Source: Pocillopora damicornis (taxonomy: Eukaryota). From it: a DNA stretch of 64,000 nucleotides. Positions within the stretch are counted from its first letter, which is position 1. Every line of letters begins with the position of its first letter. Below, piece after piece: positions 23,729-35,687 of the stretch. The stretch spans positions 310,001 through 374,000 of the forward strand of contig NW_020844782.1 of assembly GCF_003704095.1 (NCBI RefSeq), written 5' to 3'. A model generated the notes under the pieces. It searched no databases, was not told the DNA's origin, and saw nothing but the letters and a program-made list of their open reading frames with translations. The position numbers were made by a program, and so were the translations under genes.

Positions 23729-26273
23729 TCACTGCTTCTCAAAGCCAAAAACTTCCATTTCACTAATGGTGAAATTCTGGTTCCCTTGAAGAAATGTGGC
23801 AGCATTCTGACCGGTAGGACACTGGTACGAGTTATTCAGGCTGACACTGCAGTTGTTAGAATTTGGAGCACTGACAATACGAAGGTCATGGCCACTTCCA
23901 AATGTGGGCCCATACCCATTGTGACAGTGGATTGCATTCCCCTCTTTTCCAGTTATCAGTGGTAGCTTTGAAGGGGGTAAACTGTTTGGGTTGACAAGGC
24001 TGAACAGGAAAGACTCAGGAGCTTTTTTGTAATTGGCTCCTCCAGCTGAACAACAACAACAGCAAAAGTCTCGGATTATAAAACGTTCTCTACATTGACC
24101 AGATGATTTACCTATCCAAAACGGTCCGAGAGGCTCTTAGAGAAGAGTGAGTAAAAGTTCCTTTATATGAGTATAAAACTCTTCTTATGCATTGGCATTT
24201 TCGGAGGGATTTTTTCTAACAGTCTTACATTTTCTCAGCACAGTCACGATGTAGTCACGTGTGATGTAGATCGCGACGTTTCGACTGCATACTGCTTCTT
24301 CAGGCGATGAGGTCGACTGGTCATGCGTGATCTTATGAGCATGATGCTCTGCTGTGATTAGTTGTTTTTCAACAGCTCTGATTGGAAAATGGAAAAAGGA
24401 TTGAAATGCACCAATCAGGGCTGTTAAAAAACAACTAATCTCAGCAGAGCATCAGGCTTATAAGATCACGCATGATTGGTCGACCTCATCGCCTGAAGAA
24501 GACTAAAAGTATGCTGTTGAAACGTCGCGATCTACATCACAGTGACTACATCGTGAGAATAACGAAAAAACTTAGCTTTTAGAATGCTTTTTGTATTATT
24601 CAACCATCAACCGAACAAGTTGGTGTAAACGAAAAAGAAATCGGTCGTAACAAGCTAAACGGCAAAGTCAGCGCGGCATTTAAGTTAATGTCAACAATCA
24701 CCTTTAAAACCCNNNNNNNNNNNNNNNNNNCCCCCCCCCCCCTTCCTTACTGCACACGTCATTTTCTCTTCAAATCTCTTCGGCCTCGAAACTGTCCCAA
24801 CGGAAACGTTGCCTCATACAAACATTTTCTCCTGAACTCTAAACTTGCCGCGCGCGGTATAAACTACCCGAAGGTAAAGTCTCTTAGGATAACGAACAAT
24901 GGTGCCTTTGTCTAAAAATAATTCAAACCATGACAACAGATTCTGCGTGACGGGCAAAATTTATATCAAATAATTTTTGCGGCTAGTTTAATTTTGGGAG
25001 GAATGGGACTTTTCATTGGAAAATGGTCACAAGTTAGAATAGCGAGGGAAATTTTGGGCTTACCTCCGTCTTCCCAGCATACAGACGTCACGCAATTCGA
25101 AACTCAACTTTTTATTTGAAGAAAACAAAAGACTACAACAAAAGTTAGTGAAAAGTGCGTTAGAGTTATAAGGACTTACCAGGTTGATCCCATTGTTCTT
25201 CAGTGTATCCTCCAAACACGTAGTTCCCACTCTTGATTACTGTAACTGTGGGTCCTTTGCCGTCACAGCAAGAGTGAAAGTTGGCAGCTGTCCAACCATT
25301 CTGGGAAGCGCGGTATAACAAAACGTAGTCGTCACTTGCACTTTCGATGGTTTCCTTCAGTAAGTCGATCAGTTGTTGTCGTTGCTCTGATGAAAGGATC
25401 GTAGAAGTCTTGAACGGCCTTGCTCTCAAATCTTCAATTATTCCTTCGATCTGGTAAAACTCGGCTTCGGTTAGTAATTCGTTACGCACAATTTTGTCAT
25501 CCGGTAGCATAAGTTTTCCAGTGCGAAGATAATTCAAGATATGTCGGAAGTGTGTTCCATCTCGATCGATAAAGTAAGATCCATCCTCGCCAGGTTTTGT
25601 GTCAAATCTTCCAGAAAACATGGCGTGCAGCATCGACCCTGAGAATAGAAACATATATTAGTGTCTATAGCTGCCCTTTACGAGGAGTTTTCACAAGAAA
25701 GTTGGGGTGAAATATTTTCCCAGAACTAGCTTACAAATATTTTCACAGTCGAGTACACTTATACTCAAAAGCAAAGTTTATAAATACTAGACTAAATAAA
25801 AATGTATGAAAAAGCGTCAGAAACTATTTTGTCCACAAACAGAGCCTTTTCTCTATGGGGCAAAACTTGTAGTTTGTGATTTAGGTTCCTCTATCAAACC
25901 GCCGAAAGTGAAAGTAGTTCAAGTACATAATTTTATATCATTAGATGTTATACCATGATATTTCCATTGAAGGACCAACTGGACTGATTTCGTTAAAACG
26001 TCTGTTAATTTTATAAGAAGTACCTGGATCTTTGTTCATAGTCTCCAAACTGGTATCGAAACGGTGGCCGCCGACATTAAGTTTCAGCATCTTTGAGAAG
26101 TGGATGTGCTCAAGTTTCTTCGCCACCTCGTCAAAAGCCTCCTTCTCTTTGCGAACTTTATTCGTCTCTCGCTTCAGAATATTAAAAGCCTCTCTAACGT
26201 GTTGGTTTACTTCCTCCAGGGCTTCATCGCTGGGCGAATTGTGCTCTTCTTCCGACTTACGCGATAACGACAT
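23729..26273 (-). CDS. Complete divergent coiled-coil/BTB/TLDc protein, paralog J, 341 aa
   Basis: Exons 26273-26024, 25638-25180 and 24045-23729 (250+459+317 = 1026 nt). Exon 3 is absent from the ORF track and reads AGGANYKKAPESFLFSLVNPNSLPPSKLPLITGKEGNAIHCHNGYGPTFGSGHDL...EMEVFGFEKQ*. Intron positions and phases match paralog E. Confidence 0.92.
24244..24556. mobile_element. Palindromic Penelope-like relic: ~142-bp inverted arms, each with a minimal hammerhead ribozyme motif
   Basis: Arms at 24244-24385 and 24411-24556. The right arm reads ATCGC-CTGAAGA-AGACTAAAAGTATGCTGTT-GAAAC-GTC-GCGAT (24488-24531). The left arm has the same motif on the minus strand (24308-24270). Confidence 0.78.
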
Positions 26274-27407
26274 CTTCCTTGTAATCAAACGACGCTTTAC
26301 TCAAGAATGTAGAGAATACAGTGAAACTCGAGCTATCTTGTTTGTTTGCTAAAATATTCTGATTATTTTTTCCTAGTATTTCAGTTTCGTGGAAAATTTT
26401 AGGGCACGATTAGCATACTTTGTTACTGACCTACGAACAGAGTGACCTGAATTAATTTCCGCTACTTATCTTGAGGCTAATATTTCAGCAACCTGCAAAT
26501 TTAAATGAAACACGTGAAAACGCTAATTTAAGTCATTTCTTGTTTGAATAAAGCTAACTTCAAAGCCAAAATACTGTTCAGCTCAGTTTCCAAAAATTAG
26601 GAAGGACTGTACCGCGTATCCTCACAAGCGAATGACATGCCTTCCTTTTCTTCTTTACCACTAGGACGCATATTTCACATCTTTTTTTTATTTGGACAAA
26701 TAAACGAAAATGTACAATACTTTCTACTCTCGATTGCCACAAATGAGGCATTCGACTTTGCTGTTTTTCAGAAGGAAAAGTTTTGATCGTTTGGTCTGAT
26801 CGTTCACGTGAAAGTAATCCTACAAATAACTTTTGTCGGCTAAAGTCAATTACGTTTCTACAGCTAAGAGGAGTCACAAGAGCAGTCATCATATGCGTCA
26901 GCCTTTAATTCTTTACGGTGGCCAATTTACATTTTCAACTCAGTTGTTAACACTAAATTACTTGCTATACTCTCCCAGCGACGTAGCACCGCAGTTTCTT
27001 TAGAAACTTAACCCCTTTAGTCATTTAAATTGTCGGTCGCAGGGACTCGAATCAACAACATGAGCAGAAGTCACCATCAGAAGTCACTAAGTGAGTAGTT
27101 TACGGTCAGTCCGATTTGTTGGCTAGACATCGTGCCTGAAAGCTTTCAGAGCTAGGTTGTCTCACAGAAGTTAAAAAAAACCACAAGATTCAACGTCAAT
27201 GTCTGCAAAAATGCATGCCTTTTTTTTGGAGGGGGGAGGATAAAAGTGACATTAGTTGTTTTAAAAGTTTTTATTTAAATGTTAAAAAGAAGGTGCCTTA
27301 GGACTGGCCAGAGTTGATCCAATTACGCATGCCAAACGTTTGACCGCTGCGTTGTTTTTCGTCCTCTTGACGCACGTCTATATAACCATCGTGGCGTGGG
27401 CTCAGAT

Positions 27408-28882
27408 TTAGAACTCAGCACCAAGCCACCATTGCGTGGTGGAAAAAGAATTTTCAGTGCACTTATGTTGAGGATTGGTAAGGTCATAAAATCCAAAATT
27501 ATCTTCGCCCATCAGGGCACCTGTACTTGGGTCCCAAGAACAACCGTTTCTTCTGCTCCAGTATGAATCAGTATGCATATGTTCGTTATCACGCTGCACA
27601 AGCATCCCCGTGCAATTCGTACAACTTCTTCCTCGAACTGAAATGTACTCATACTTCTGACAGCTATCTTGGTTGACAAACGTTAGGATGTCCGTATCTT
27701 GGAGAGTCGTTCGTGCGTAGTCGGTGAAATTAAGGCCTGACAGGAAATTGCATGTCACGCGCCAGTGGGTCGAGTTGTCCCGGATGTTGACCATTGCTTG
27801 GTAAGATACTCGATAATCATTCCAGTTGAATCTTGTTTCGTTTCGCGGAACGTTGAAATAAAAAGGTTTTCGTTTGTAAATGGCCTTATTTTCTAGAGAG
27901 AATGACTCGATGAGAGTCCAAACTTTTCCGGGTTCCGAGTCAAAATCACAATAACTCTGAATCGTGTCATTAAGCTTATACACGCCTGACTTCGACTCTG
28001 GTTTCAGCTTCAAGTAAGATTGGCATGAATCGACTCTTGGGTGGAATATCTCGCATCTCTTTCCCTGGTAATGCTGTGGACATGTGCAGTTGTATTTTTC
28101 TTTGACGTCATCGCAATTCTCTGTGCATGTGCCTCCATTAAGGCAAGGGTTTGATCGACAACAGCCATTCAGGCATCTACTATTTTCCTGAAACCGAACA
28201 CGAACGACAAAAAAACGAAAATTAAAATTTCACTGAATAGAATAAGAGGTCATTGTTCTTTTCTTTGTCTTTTAAAAACATGAGTGTTGCAACAGAAAAT
28301 ATTTTCAAAGAAACTCTTCATTTCATATAAGGCGAATTTTTCGAAGCGACTCGTCCCCACCAAAAATCATGATCAATGGCTTTTCAGCCAATTTTGACTT
28401 GATCATTTACGTTTTCCAGCTTTGGAGACAGTATTCGTGTAGATACTTAAAGTCCTTGCTGGCTCCTGTTTCAGCTGATCCTATTGTTCACAGTTTGTTT
28501 ACGAATCTTATTCGAAAACTACTCTACAAGAACTCAAACTTACCCTCATGCCGTTTTGCTGCACATGATACAAAACAGTTCCTGGTCTTTTCACCCGCTT
28601 CCCGATGGCCCCATCAATGTCCGTGTCCAGAAGCTCACACATTTTTCCACTGACTTGAAACGCAATGCAATCGCAGTGTTTGGCGCAGTGACGAAAACAC
28701 TCCCAGGGGTCCCGCACGCTTTCAGTCTGAATTGTATGATTTTCTATGCTGAAGTTCTCCATGAATATGTTATTGATGAAGATCAGTGGTGTTTGCATTT
28801 GGTTGCTCGCTGTAGTAATTGGAGGGATTAGCAGAAACGCTGTTCCACAGTTGAGCCATAGAAAGGTGAAATATAAATCCAT
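27408..28882 (-). CDS. Secreted PAN/Apple + EGF + fibrinogen-C-like domain protein, ~372 aa
   Basis: Exon 1 28882-28544 has a signal-peptide-like N-terminus and the PAN pattern ECFRHCAKHCDCIAFQ..CEL. A phase-0 intron follows. Exon 2 28187-27408 has the EGF CRSNPCLNGGTC...CTC...YQGKRCE and then DSCQSY...SGVYKL...YCDF...WTLI, typical of fibrinogen/intelectin-like N-terminal subdomains. Confidence 0.85.
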
Positions 28883-29141
28883 CTTATTCTGAAAAATAGT
28901 TCAGTGAAAAGGTTGTCGTGCTTTTCAAAGAAATATAAAATTAAAACTCCTTAACAGCCTGCTTTTAATGAGACTGGAGCCAAATAAACAATGAATAGCA
29001 TCTATTGGTGAAAAAATAAATAGTCAGCTATTTTTTCACGAACATTTTCTGTTTCAAGACGGAAGCATTTTTCAGATCGAAGCAAAAATGAAAACTAAGG
29101 AGCTCTTAGACACGAATTTCCATCAAATGAAAGCCGATTCT

Positions 29142-30150
29142 TTGTGTATAGCACGTGATATGTTTCATTTAACAAGTAATAAAAGTTGTCTAAAAAAAGC
29201 TTTCTGAAAAAGAACTTACATATTTGTCGAGAAAATACAGAGAAATGTTAGCAAGTTTGTAATAAAAGTGTACCTTCACAGTGCGATTCCTTTTAATAAC
29301 TTTTGTAGCTTCCGAGAATATTACACCCATATAAGAACAGAAATCAAGATTAAGCGATTTTTGGAAATCACAAGTATCTCTCAGGTTAAAGAAAGAAATT
29401 GATCATCACTGTTTAGTAAAAAACTTTTGTTAAAAACTCGTGAAACAAAATACACCAAAGGAAAAGTCATCACTTATCACGGAGATAACTCTAAGAGTTA
29501 GAGCAAAATTATTCTTGAAGAATAAAATTCCAGGTTTTTAAACAATTTTTTCGCCTTAAAATTTATAAGTATCGTGAACTAAAACAATGCTTTACTTCTT
29601 CAATTTCTCGTGATGATTAACTGTGAATCCGTCGACAAAAGGAATCAAAAACAACTTTGTGTATAACACGTCATATTTTTCTAACACATACAAAATTGTT
29701 TGAAAAAAGAAAGGAAACTTACTGAAAAAACAACTGGTAAATTTTTTCAGAAATATAGAAGCATGTTAGCGAGTCTTTTATAAAAGTGAACCTTTAAATT
29801 GCGATTCTTTTTAAGAACCTCTGTTGCTTCCGAGAATATTACACCCATATAACAACTAAATTCGAGATTAGGCGATTTCCTGAAATCACAAGTATCTCTC
29901 AGGTTCAGGTAAGAAATTGACCATTAGCGCCTAGAGAAAAACTTTTGCAAAAAACTTGTGAAACAAAAGACGCAAATGAAAAAGTCATTACTGATCACGA
30001 AGACCACTCTAAGAGTCAGATAATAAAAATTATTCTTGAAGGCTTTTAAACGATTTTCCACAATAGCCTCAATGAAAGTCGTGAATTGAAACAGTGCCGC
30101 TTACGACTTCAATTTTTCATGATAATTTATTGCGCATCCGCTGAAAAAAA
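29142..30150 (+). repeat. Diverged tandem duplication, two ~510-bp units
   Basis: 29142-29640 vs 29656-30150 share blocks such as GCTTCCGAGAATATTACACCCATATAA and GAAATCACAAGTATCTCTCAGGTT. Confidence 0.85.
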
Positions 30151-30283
30151 GACTAAGGCAACTTCTCTCTTGAAAGAACTCTGTGTTTAATGCATTTGAT
30201 AAAAAAAGCGCTGTTTTAAACGAAAACGTAGCTTAAGAAAAGAAAAACCAGTACAGACCATGAGCTTGTATCCTTTAGCACTC

Positions 30284-30380
30284 AGGAAGGCTTACTGTTT
30301 ACCATCTTCACTCGATTCGAAGGCTGAGGAGAGGAAATATGTTTCTAATGTCCTAAAGGCAAATGGCTATACAAAAACGA
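30284..30380 (+). mobile_element. Penelope-like retroelement coding fragment
   Basis: Translates RKAYCLPSSLDSKAEERKYVSNVLKANGYTK, which resembles the L..NGY segment between the RT and GIY-YIG domains of PLEs. Confidence 0.6.
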
Positions 30381-33329
30381 AAACGTGTTTGTTAGAGACA
30401 AATTAGAACAGAAAAATTGTCCAGGACAACCTGCTGATGTATGATTCTCCCAGAATTTTCCGGCTTTTTAGTAAATCTTCTTTAAAAAATATCCTTAGAA
30501 GGTCATTTGCACTGGAGAATCTTGCTCTTTACAAGGAAAGTTGTTGTGGAAGAACTAGTCACGTCATATTGAAATGGCTGAGGAAAACTTTTGAAAGAAG
30601 AAAACTCGCTAATTGCAAATTTATCATCATCTTTCAATCACATTCATACGTGATGACAACGTCATCTTAGCCATTGTAATATTAATTGAGAACCACTTAG
30701 TCCACTTATAAGCAGACAAATTGAATATTTTCAATTTTTTTTTTTAAAGTGACACAAGTTTTCCTAACCCGTTAACTCCTGAAATATGATTATTAATTCT
30801 TCTCTCTGGCTGCTTTACCTTCCCTTGTATACTGTGGTGCGAGATCAAGATAAAATCTTTTTTCAGCTAACAAGTTTGAATATTTTCTTTACGTGTTTAA
30901 TTTGTCAGTTAATGTCTGGATCTTACAAGGAGAGGTTACATGTTAATCACTTCTGAGAGGTAAAGTGTTAAGAGGCAAAAACGTTTCGTTAAGAAATTTT
31001 TTTCACATTCTTGTTATGTTTCTTTCTGTACTTTCCTCGATGTCGGTATTTCAAATCAGTTTTCTATTAAAGCTCTGAAATTATTTCTTAGAGGCTTGTG
31101 ATCGATTTTTCCAAATCTACAGGCTTTGAATCATATTTTTCCTAGATGCAAAGATAGGCAGGCAGTCTACGGTTACTATGGTAATCCTAGCACTCAAAGC
31201 ACGAGCGAGCCACCTTAGATTAACCCTCGGTTTTTAACTGCCTCAAAACAGTTTTAAAAGGATTTAGAAGGAAGCCTATGATTCACATTAAAGCTGCTTT
31301 TACACGTATGGAGCAATGTTACCTGGGCGATTACACAAGTTAGGAAAAATGTATGCGCTGCATCAGATTGGAGAGAAAATTGTCAACCCCATCTTATAGC
31401 ATGACAGTTTCTCGACAAGGATGAACTTGTCAGGGAAAAGCAAATTAAGAACTTCACGAAAATTGTCAAGAAAGCTTTCTCGTATAAAAGTAGTTTTTAA
31501 CACTTCGGTTATAAACCTCATTTGCAAAGTCAAGTTTACATATTTTTAATAACATGCTGGCTATAATCAACTTTATTATATCTCTAAGTTAGAACGTGCG
31601 CTGTGATCGGTCAACTTAGCGGGCCATATTTCACTGTACAGCCCACTAAATACAAAATTTTGTTTAAATTGTAATCTTAAACGGAAAGATATAACAAATA
31701 TTTTACTAGCTTCGTTTTCTCAGTCTGAAGTGTAAATCACGGAACCTCGTATTATTCTGTTCGCACTTGGGCCATACTTGAAATCCGAGCGACAAAATAT
31801 CGGTCCTTGACTTACAGTACCGACCTCAAACTCGGTTATTAAGAGTTGTTTACGAGGCAGAATTTCTTGAAAACAAGTTTTAAATGCAGCTATAGCCATC
31901 TTTTTTCCTCCTCGCGATCTAACGTCAAGATTTGTAAATAACTAATTTAATAGGAAGAAACCTTTTTTTGAACAAACATTTGACAGAATGAATTTAACTG
32001 CTGCACCTAGACAAGTAAGACGTGCAAAATATGTATTTCTCATTTTGCGTTACACTTTAACGGGCGCTAAAAAGTATCAAACGAGCAAGAGTTTTGAAGC
32101 TGCGCGTGAAAACGATAGCGCGCGAGGACAGCACGCATGTTTTTATTTCGTACACGTTCGAGTTAAGCTGTCTTCAACAGTATAGTAGCTATAGAAACAA
32201 TCATTTTGAATGATTTTTACTACGGATACAATTCACAAATGAAACGACTGTGCGCTTTGGTGTAAAATACAGATACTCTGAATAATTCGTTATGATAATC
32301 TTTGGGTAAATTGTAGTCTTTGCAATAACATTAAACGCATCTCCAATCACTTTTTTTTAAATTTGCAACAATTTCAACCCGGAATTTTACTTTAAGTTTG
32401 ACGACCAAAGCGAATTTTTTTCGCTGAATTGAGGCGCGAAACCTTGAACGAATTTTGTAACAAAAACTAACCTGTATCATTTGGCTTTCAAAACATGTCA
32501 ACGAAACATCTTCCTTTCGCACAAAATTGGCGTTAAGATCCGTCCAGGGGGAAGGTTACTTCCTCAGATCGCAGCGAAACTCACCTCCAAAAAACAACAA
32601 AAGTAATTTCCTTATTCTTCTCCATGTGGATGGTGTCAAACAAAACCGCTTACTGTTAAAAACTCTGTTACGTATCAAACTTCTTGTAAAATATGCGTTA
32701 TTTCTGTCCCCAAACTGGCATTCGATATTTTTATCTCCTTGAGGCAGGTGTATTTGAAATGGATAATAGTTTGTGGATATTATCTTCGTAGAAGGAAATG
32801 AAAGCTGATTTAATTTCACGTGGAAGGAAATGGAATTTAAACCATGATGAAAGCTTTTCTTCTTTTTTTTTTAGCAATGATGCTTCCATTAGCCTCAGTA
32901 TGCTGTGAGTTAGCAGGAAAAATCTCTATAATCTAATAGAAAACAAACTGAAAACAAATAATTGGCTTCAGTTGTCATATACCCTTTAACTTTGCCAAAG
33001 GAATTTTCTTTTGTAATTAAATCAAGATTGATGTTTACAATTTAGCCTGTTTCATCGGAATAAATGCCGTAAACTGCTAATTTAGGGCGCAAGAGCAAAC
33101 TTGTACCACGACAAAGGAGTATCCCGCGTCATACGGAGATTTTGATTACGATAGAGAGTTAATACAGCCGCATGTTGAAAAACAAAAGGTTCCAGTCAGT
33201 AACAAAAAGCCTCATAATTATAATTTGTTCCAATTTTTTTCTTGTTTTTCTCTTTTTTTAGGATATAACCTTAAGTTCATTTTGAGCGACTTGTTAACTT
33301 GTCGAAGGCTAACAAAAACTAACAATCTG

Positions 33330-33566
33330 GCTGTCGAGATTTCACGAAGACTGCCTTAGATTAGCAATATCGCTGTCGGGAATTGAGGGAAAAAACCGAC
33401 GAAGACTTGCACTATAGCTGACGAAACGTGACGAAGACTGACGAAGACTAGCAGTATATCTGTCGGGACTTAACGAAGACCGACGAAGACTAGCTGGCGA
33501 AACGTAAAGAAGACAGACGACAACTAGTAGTGCGGCAGTCGAGGTTTAACGAACACCGACGAACCA
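33330..33566 (+). repeat. Degenerate ~42-bp minisatellite (about 5-6 units)
   Basis: Approximate unit GCTGTCGAGACTTAACGAAGACCGACGAAGACTAGCAGTATA, with an internal ACGAAGAC doublet. Confidence 0.75.
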
Positions 33567-34742
33567 ATCAATTTTATATCTTGTCCCCACGCTATTTGCA
33601 TACTCTTTGACTTGGAGAAAAATATAATTTCAGTGTCTTCAGTTTTGGTTTCATCAGTCGTGACATCAAAATTCTAAAAATAGCTCGATCAACCCCAAGG
33701 TTTTCATTGCTAATAAATGATGTTTCTGTGTAGCTGATGATAACGCTGTAGTATGATCTGATTCATTCGAGGGAGAAAACTTTCGGAAGTTAACTGTAGC
33801 CACATTATTTCCCTTCATATAATTATTATAGGACAAATATATATCTTCCTAATAATGTTTTGGTCTGAAGCTAAGATAATTACGATCAAGAACTGTGTTT
33901 AAGGGCAGATAGTTAAATTTAAACAGTTCCACCATAATGCTACAAAGTGCTCACTTTTTTTAACCCCCTTAGATGTGTTCTACATTTAACTTCCCTCTAA
34001 AAAATCAACGAATTATTCAGCAAAGAGTTGATACAAAAAGGGAATGATGCAACACCAAATTTTAATGGACGAAAATGTATAGCAGCTGAAAGGGAAAGTT
34101 TGGAAATGGATCATAAATAAATAATATAGTAAACAAAGCTGTCGTTGTGCGGGGCCGGACGGCTTTCTCCTGACCAGCTCACGTCAAACCGTCTTGCCCT
34201 ACACACGTCCGCTTTAACGACATCAACGAGAGCAAAAATCCTTTTTTGAGCACGGTACACCGAGGAGTGCAATGCTCGTTAGAACGTGTACGTGAGCTAT
34301 GATTTTCTATATAATTGAACATTTTTTTTTTATTTTGACTGGTGCATTTCAGATGCATGAAGTCCACTTAGGAAGCTTTAATGAAATTATTTCAATACAT
34401 TAATATTTACAAGCTTAAGGTAATCTTCGTCGGACGTGTGTTGTTAATTATCAACTATTTACCGAAGTGGAGGTGACTTGTGATGGAAAATTTTTTTTTT
34501 CCATATGCTGAAACAATGAGACGATATTGTACAAAAAGATGATTATAACTCATTTATTTCGATCACAAAATATTCGGGCAAAAATTCCGCGTATGCTGCT
34601 CGTAGGTAAATTGAAAAGAATTTTCGGAGTTTGAGTAGCCAATCAGAACGCGCCTTCATCGACATCCACTGTTTTAATATACAATATAACAATATATATA
34701 CTCGGATAAACTGCGGGTGAAAAAGGAATAAACAGCAGAATT

Positions 34743-35687
34743 ATGGCGCCAAAACATTTAACAGAAGATGGAACTCAGAAAACAACATTTCAAGAACTGG
34801 AATGTTCCCTCTCTCTAGTCAGTGAGGTACAGCAACAACCAATTTATTACGCTATATTCAACATTGTCCTCTCCATCACAGCATTTCTTGGCAATTCAAT
34901 CATCCTTGTTGCCCTTCACAAGGAATCGTCCCTCCATCCACCTTCTAAACTCTTGTATCGTTGTCTAGCAGTAACTGATCTTTTGGTTGGTCTTGTCAGC
35001 CAGCCTTGCCATGTTTCTTATTGGATGTCCTTGGTTCAGGAACACTGGAGTCTTTGTCCATACGCAAGGGACGCAGCTTACATAACAAGCTATGCATTAT
35101 GCGGAGTGTCTTTGTCTACGATGACGGCCATAAGCGTGGACAGACTTCTCGCTCTGTTATTGGGGCTGAGATACAGACAAAAAGTAACTTTGAAGCGCAC
35201 ATATGTCATTATAGCTACCTTTTGGATTGTATGTAATGTCGCTGCATCATTCTTCATTTGGAACAACAGTTCTACCATTTGGGTTGGCCGTATTTTTATA
35301 CCGTCTTGCCTTGTAATTTCAGTTGGTTCTTACACAAAGATTTTCCGCACTCTCAGTCATCACCAGACTCAGGTACAAGATCATGTTCAACAACAGCCGA
35401 GCCAACCAAATGCACTGAACATGGCGCAATACAGAAAGGCAGTGTACAGTGCACTGTGGGTGCAGTTAGCATTAGTTGTTTGTTATTTGCCCTATGGTAT
35501 AATGGAAATTGTGATCAGTCATAGAAAAACCTATTCATCCCATTCAGCAGTTAGTAGAGAAATAGCAATCATCTTAGTTTACTTTAACTCCACTTTAAAT
35601 CCGTTCCTTTATTGCTGGAAGATTTCTGAGATAAGACGAGCAGTAAGGCAGACAATCAGACAAGCGCTTTGTTGTCTATGGCGTTAG
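34743..35687 (+). CDS. Intronless class A GPCR (cnidarian-expanded adenosine/melanocortin-receptor-like orphan), 314 aa
   Basis: Seven TM segments with GN in TM1, LAVTD in TM2, DRL at the DRY position, CYLP in TM6 and NSTLNPFLY in TM7. Confidence 0.95.
   Translation: MAPKHLTEDGTQKTTFQELECSLSLVSEVQQQPIYYAIFNIVLSITAFLGNSIILVALHKESSLHPPSKLLYRCLAVTDLLVGLVSQPCHVSYWMSLVQEHWSLCPYARDAAYITSYALCGVSLSTMTAISVDRLLALLLGLRYRQKVTLKRTYVIIATFWIVCNVAASFFIWNNSSTIWVGRIFIPSCLVISVGSYTKIFRTLSHHQTQVQDHVQQQPSQPNALNMAQYRKAVYSALWVQLALVVCYLPYGIMEIVISHRKTYSSHSAVSREIAIILVYFNSTLNPFLYCWKISEIRRAVRQTIRQALCCLWR

Noticed and set aside
23660-23965. Plus-strand 101-aa ORF
   Set aside because: It is the antisense shadow of paralog J exon 3.
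33330-33566. CRISPR-like repeat array
   Set aside because: The units are contiguous and degenerate, with no unique spacers and no cas genes, in a eukaryotic context.
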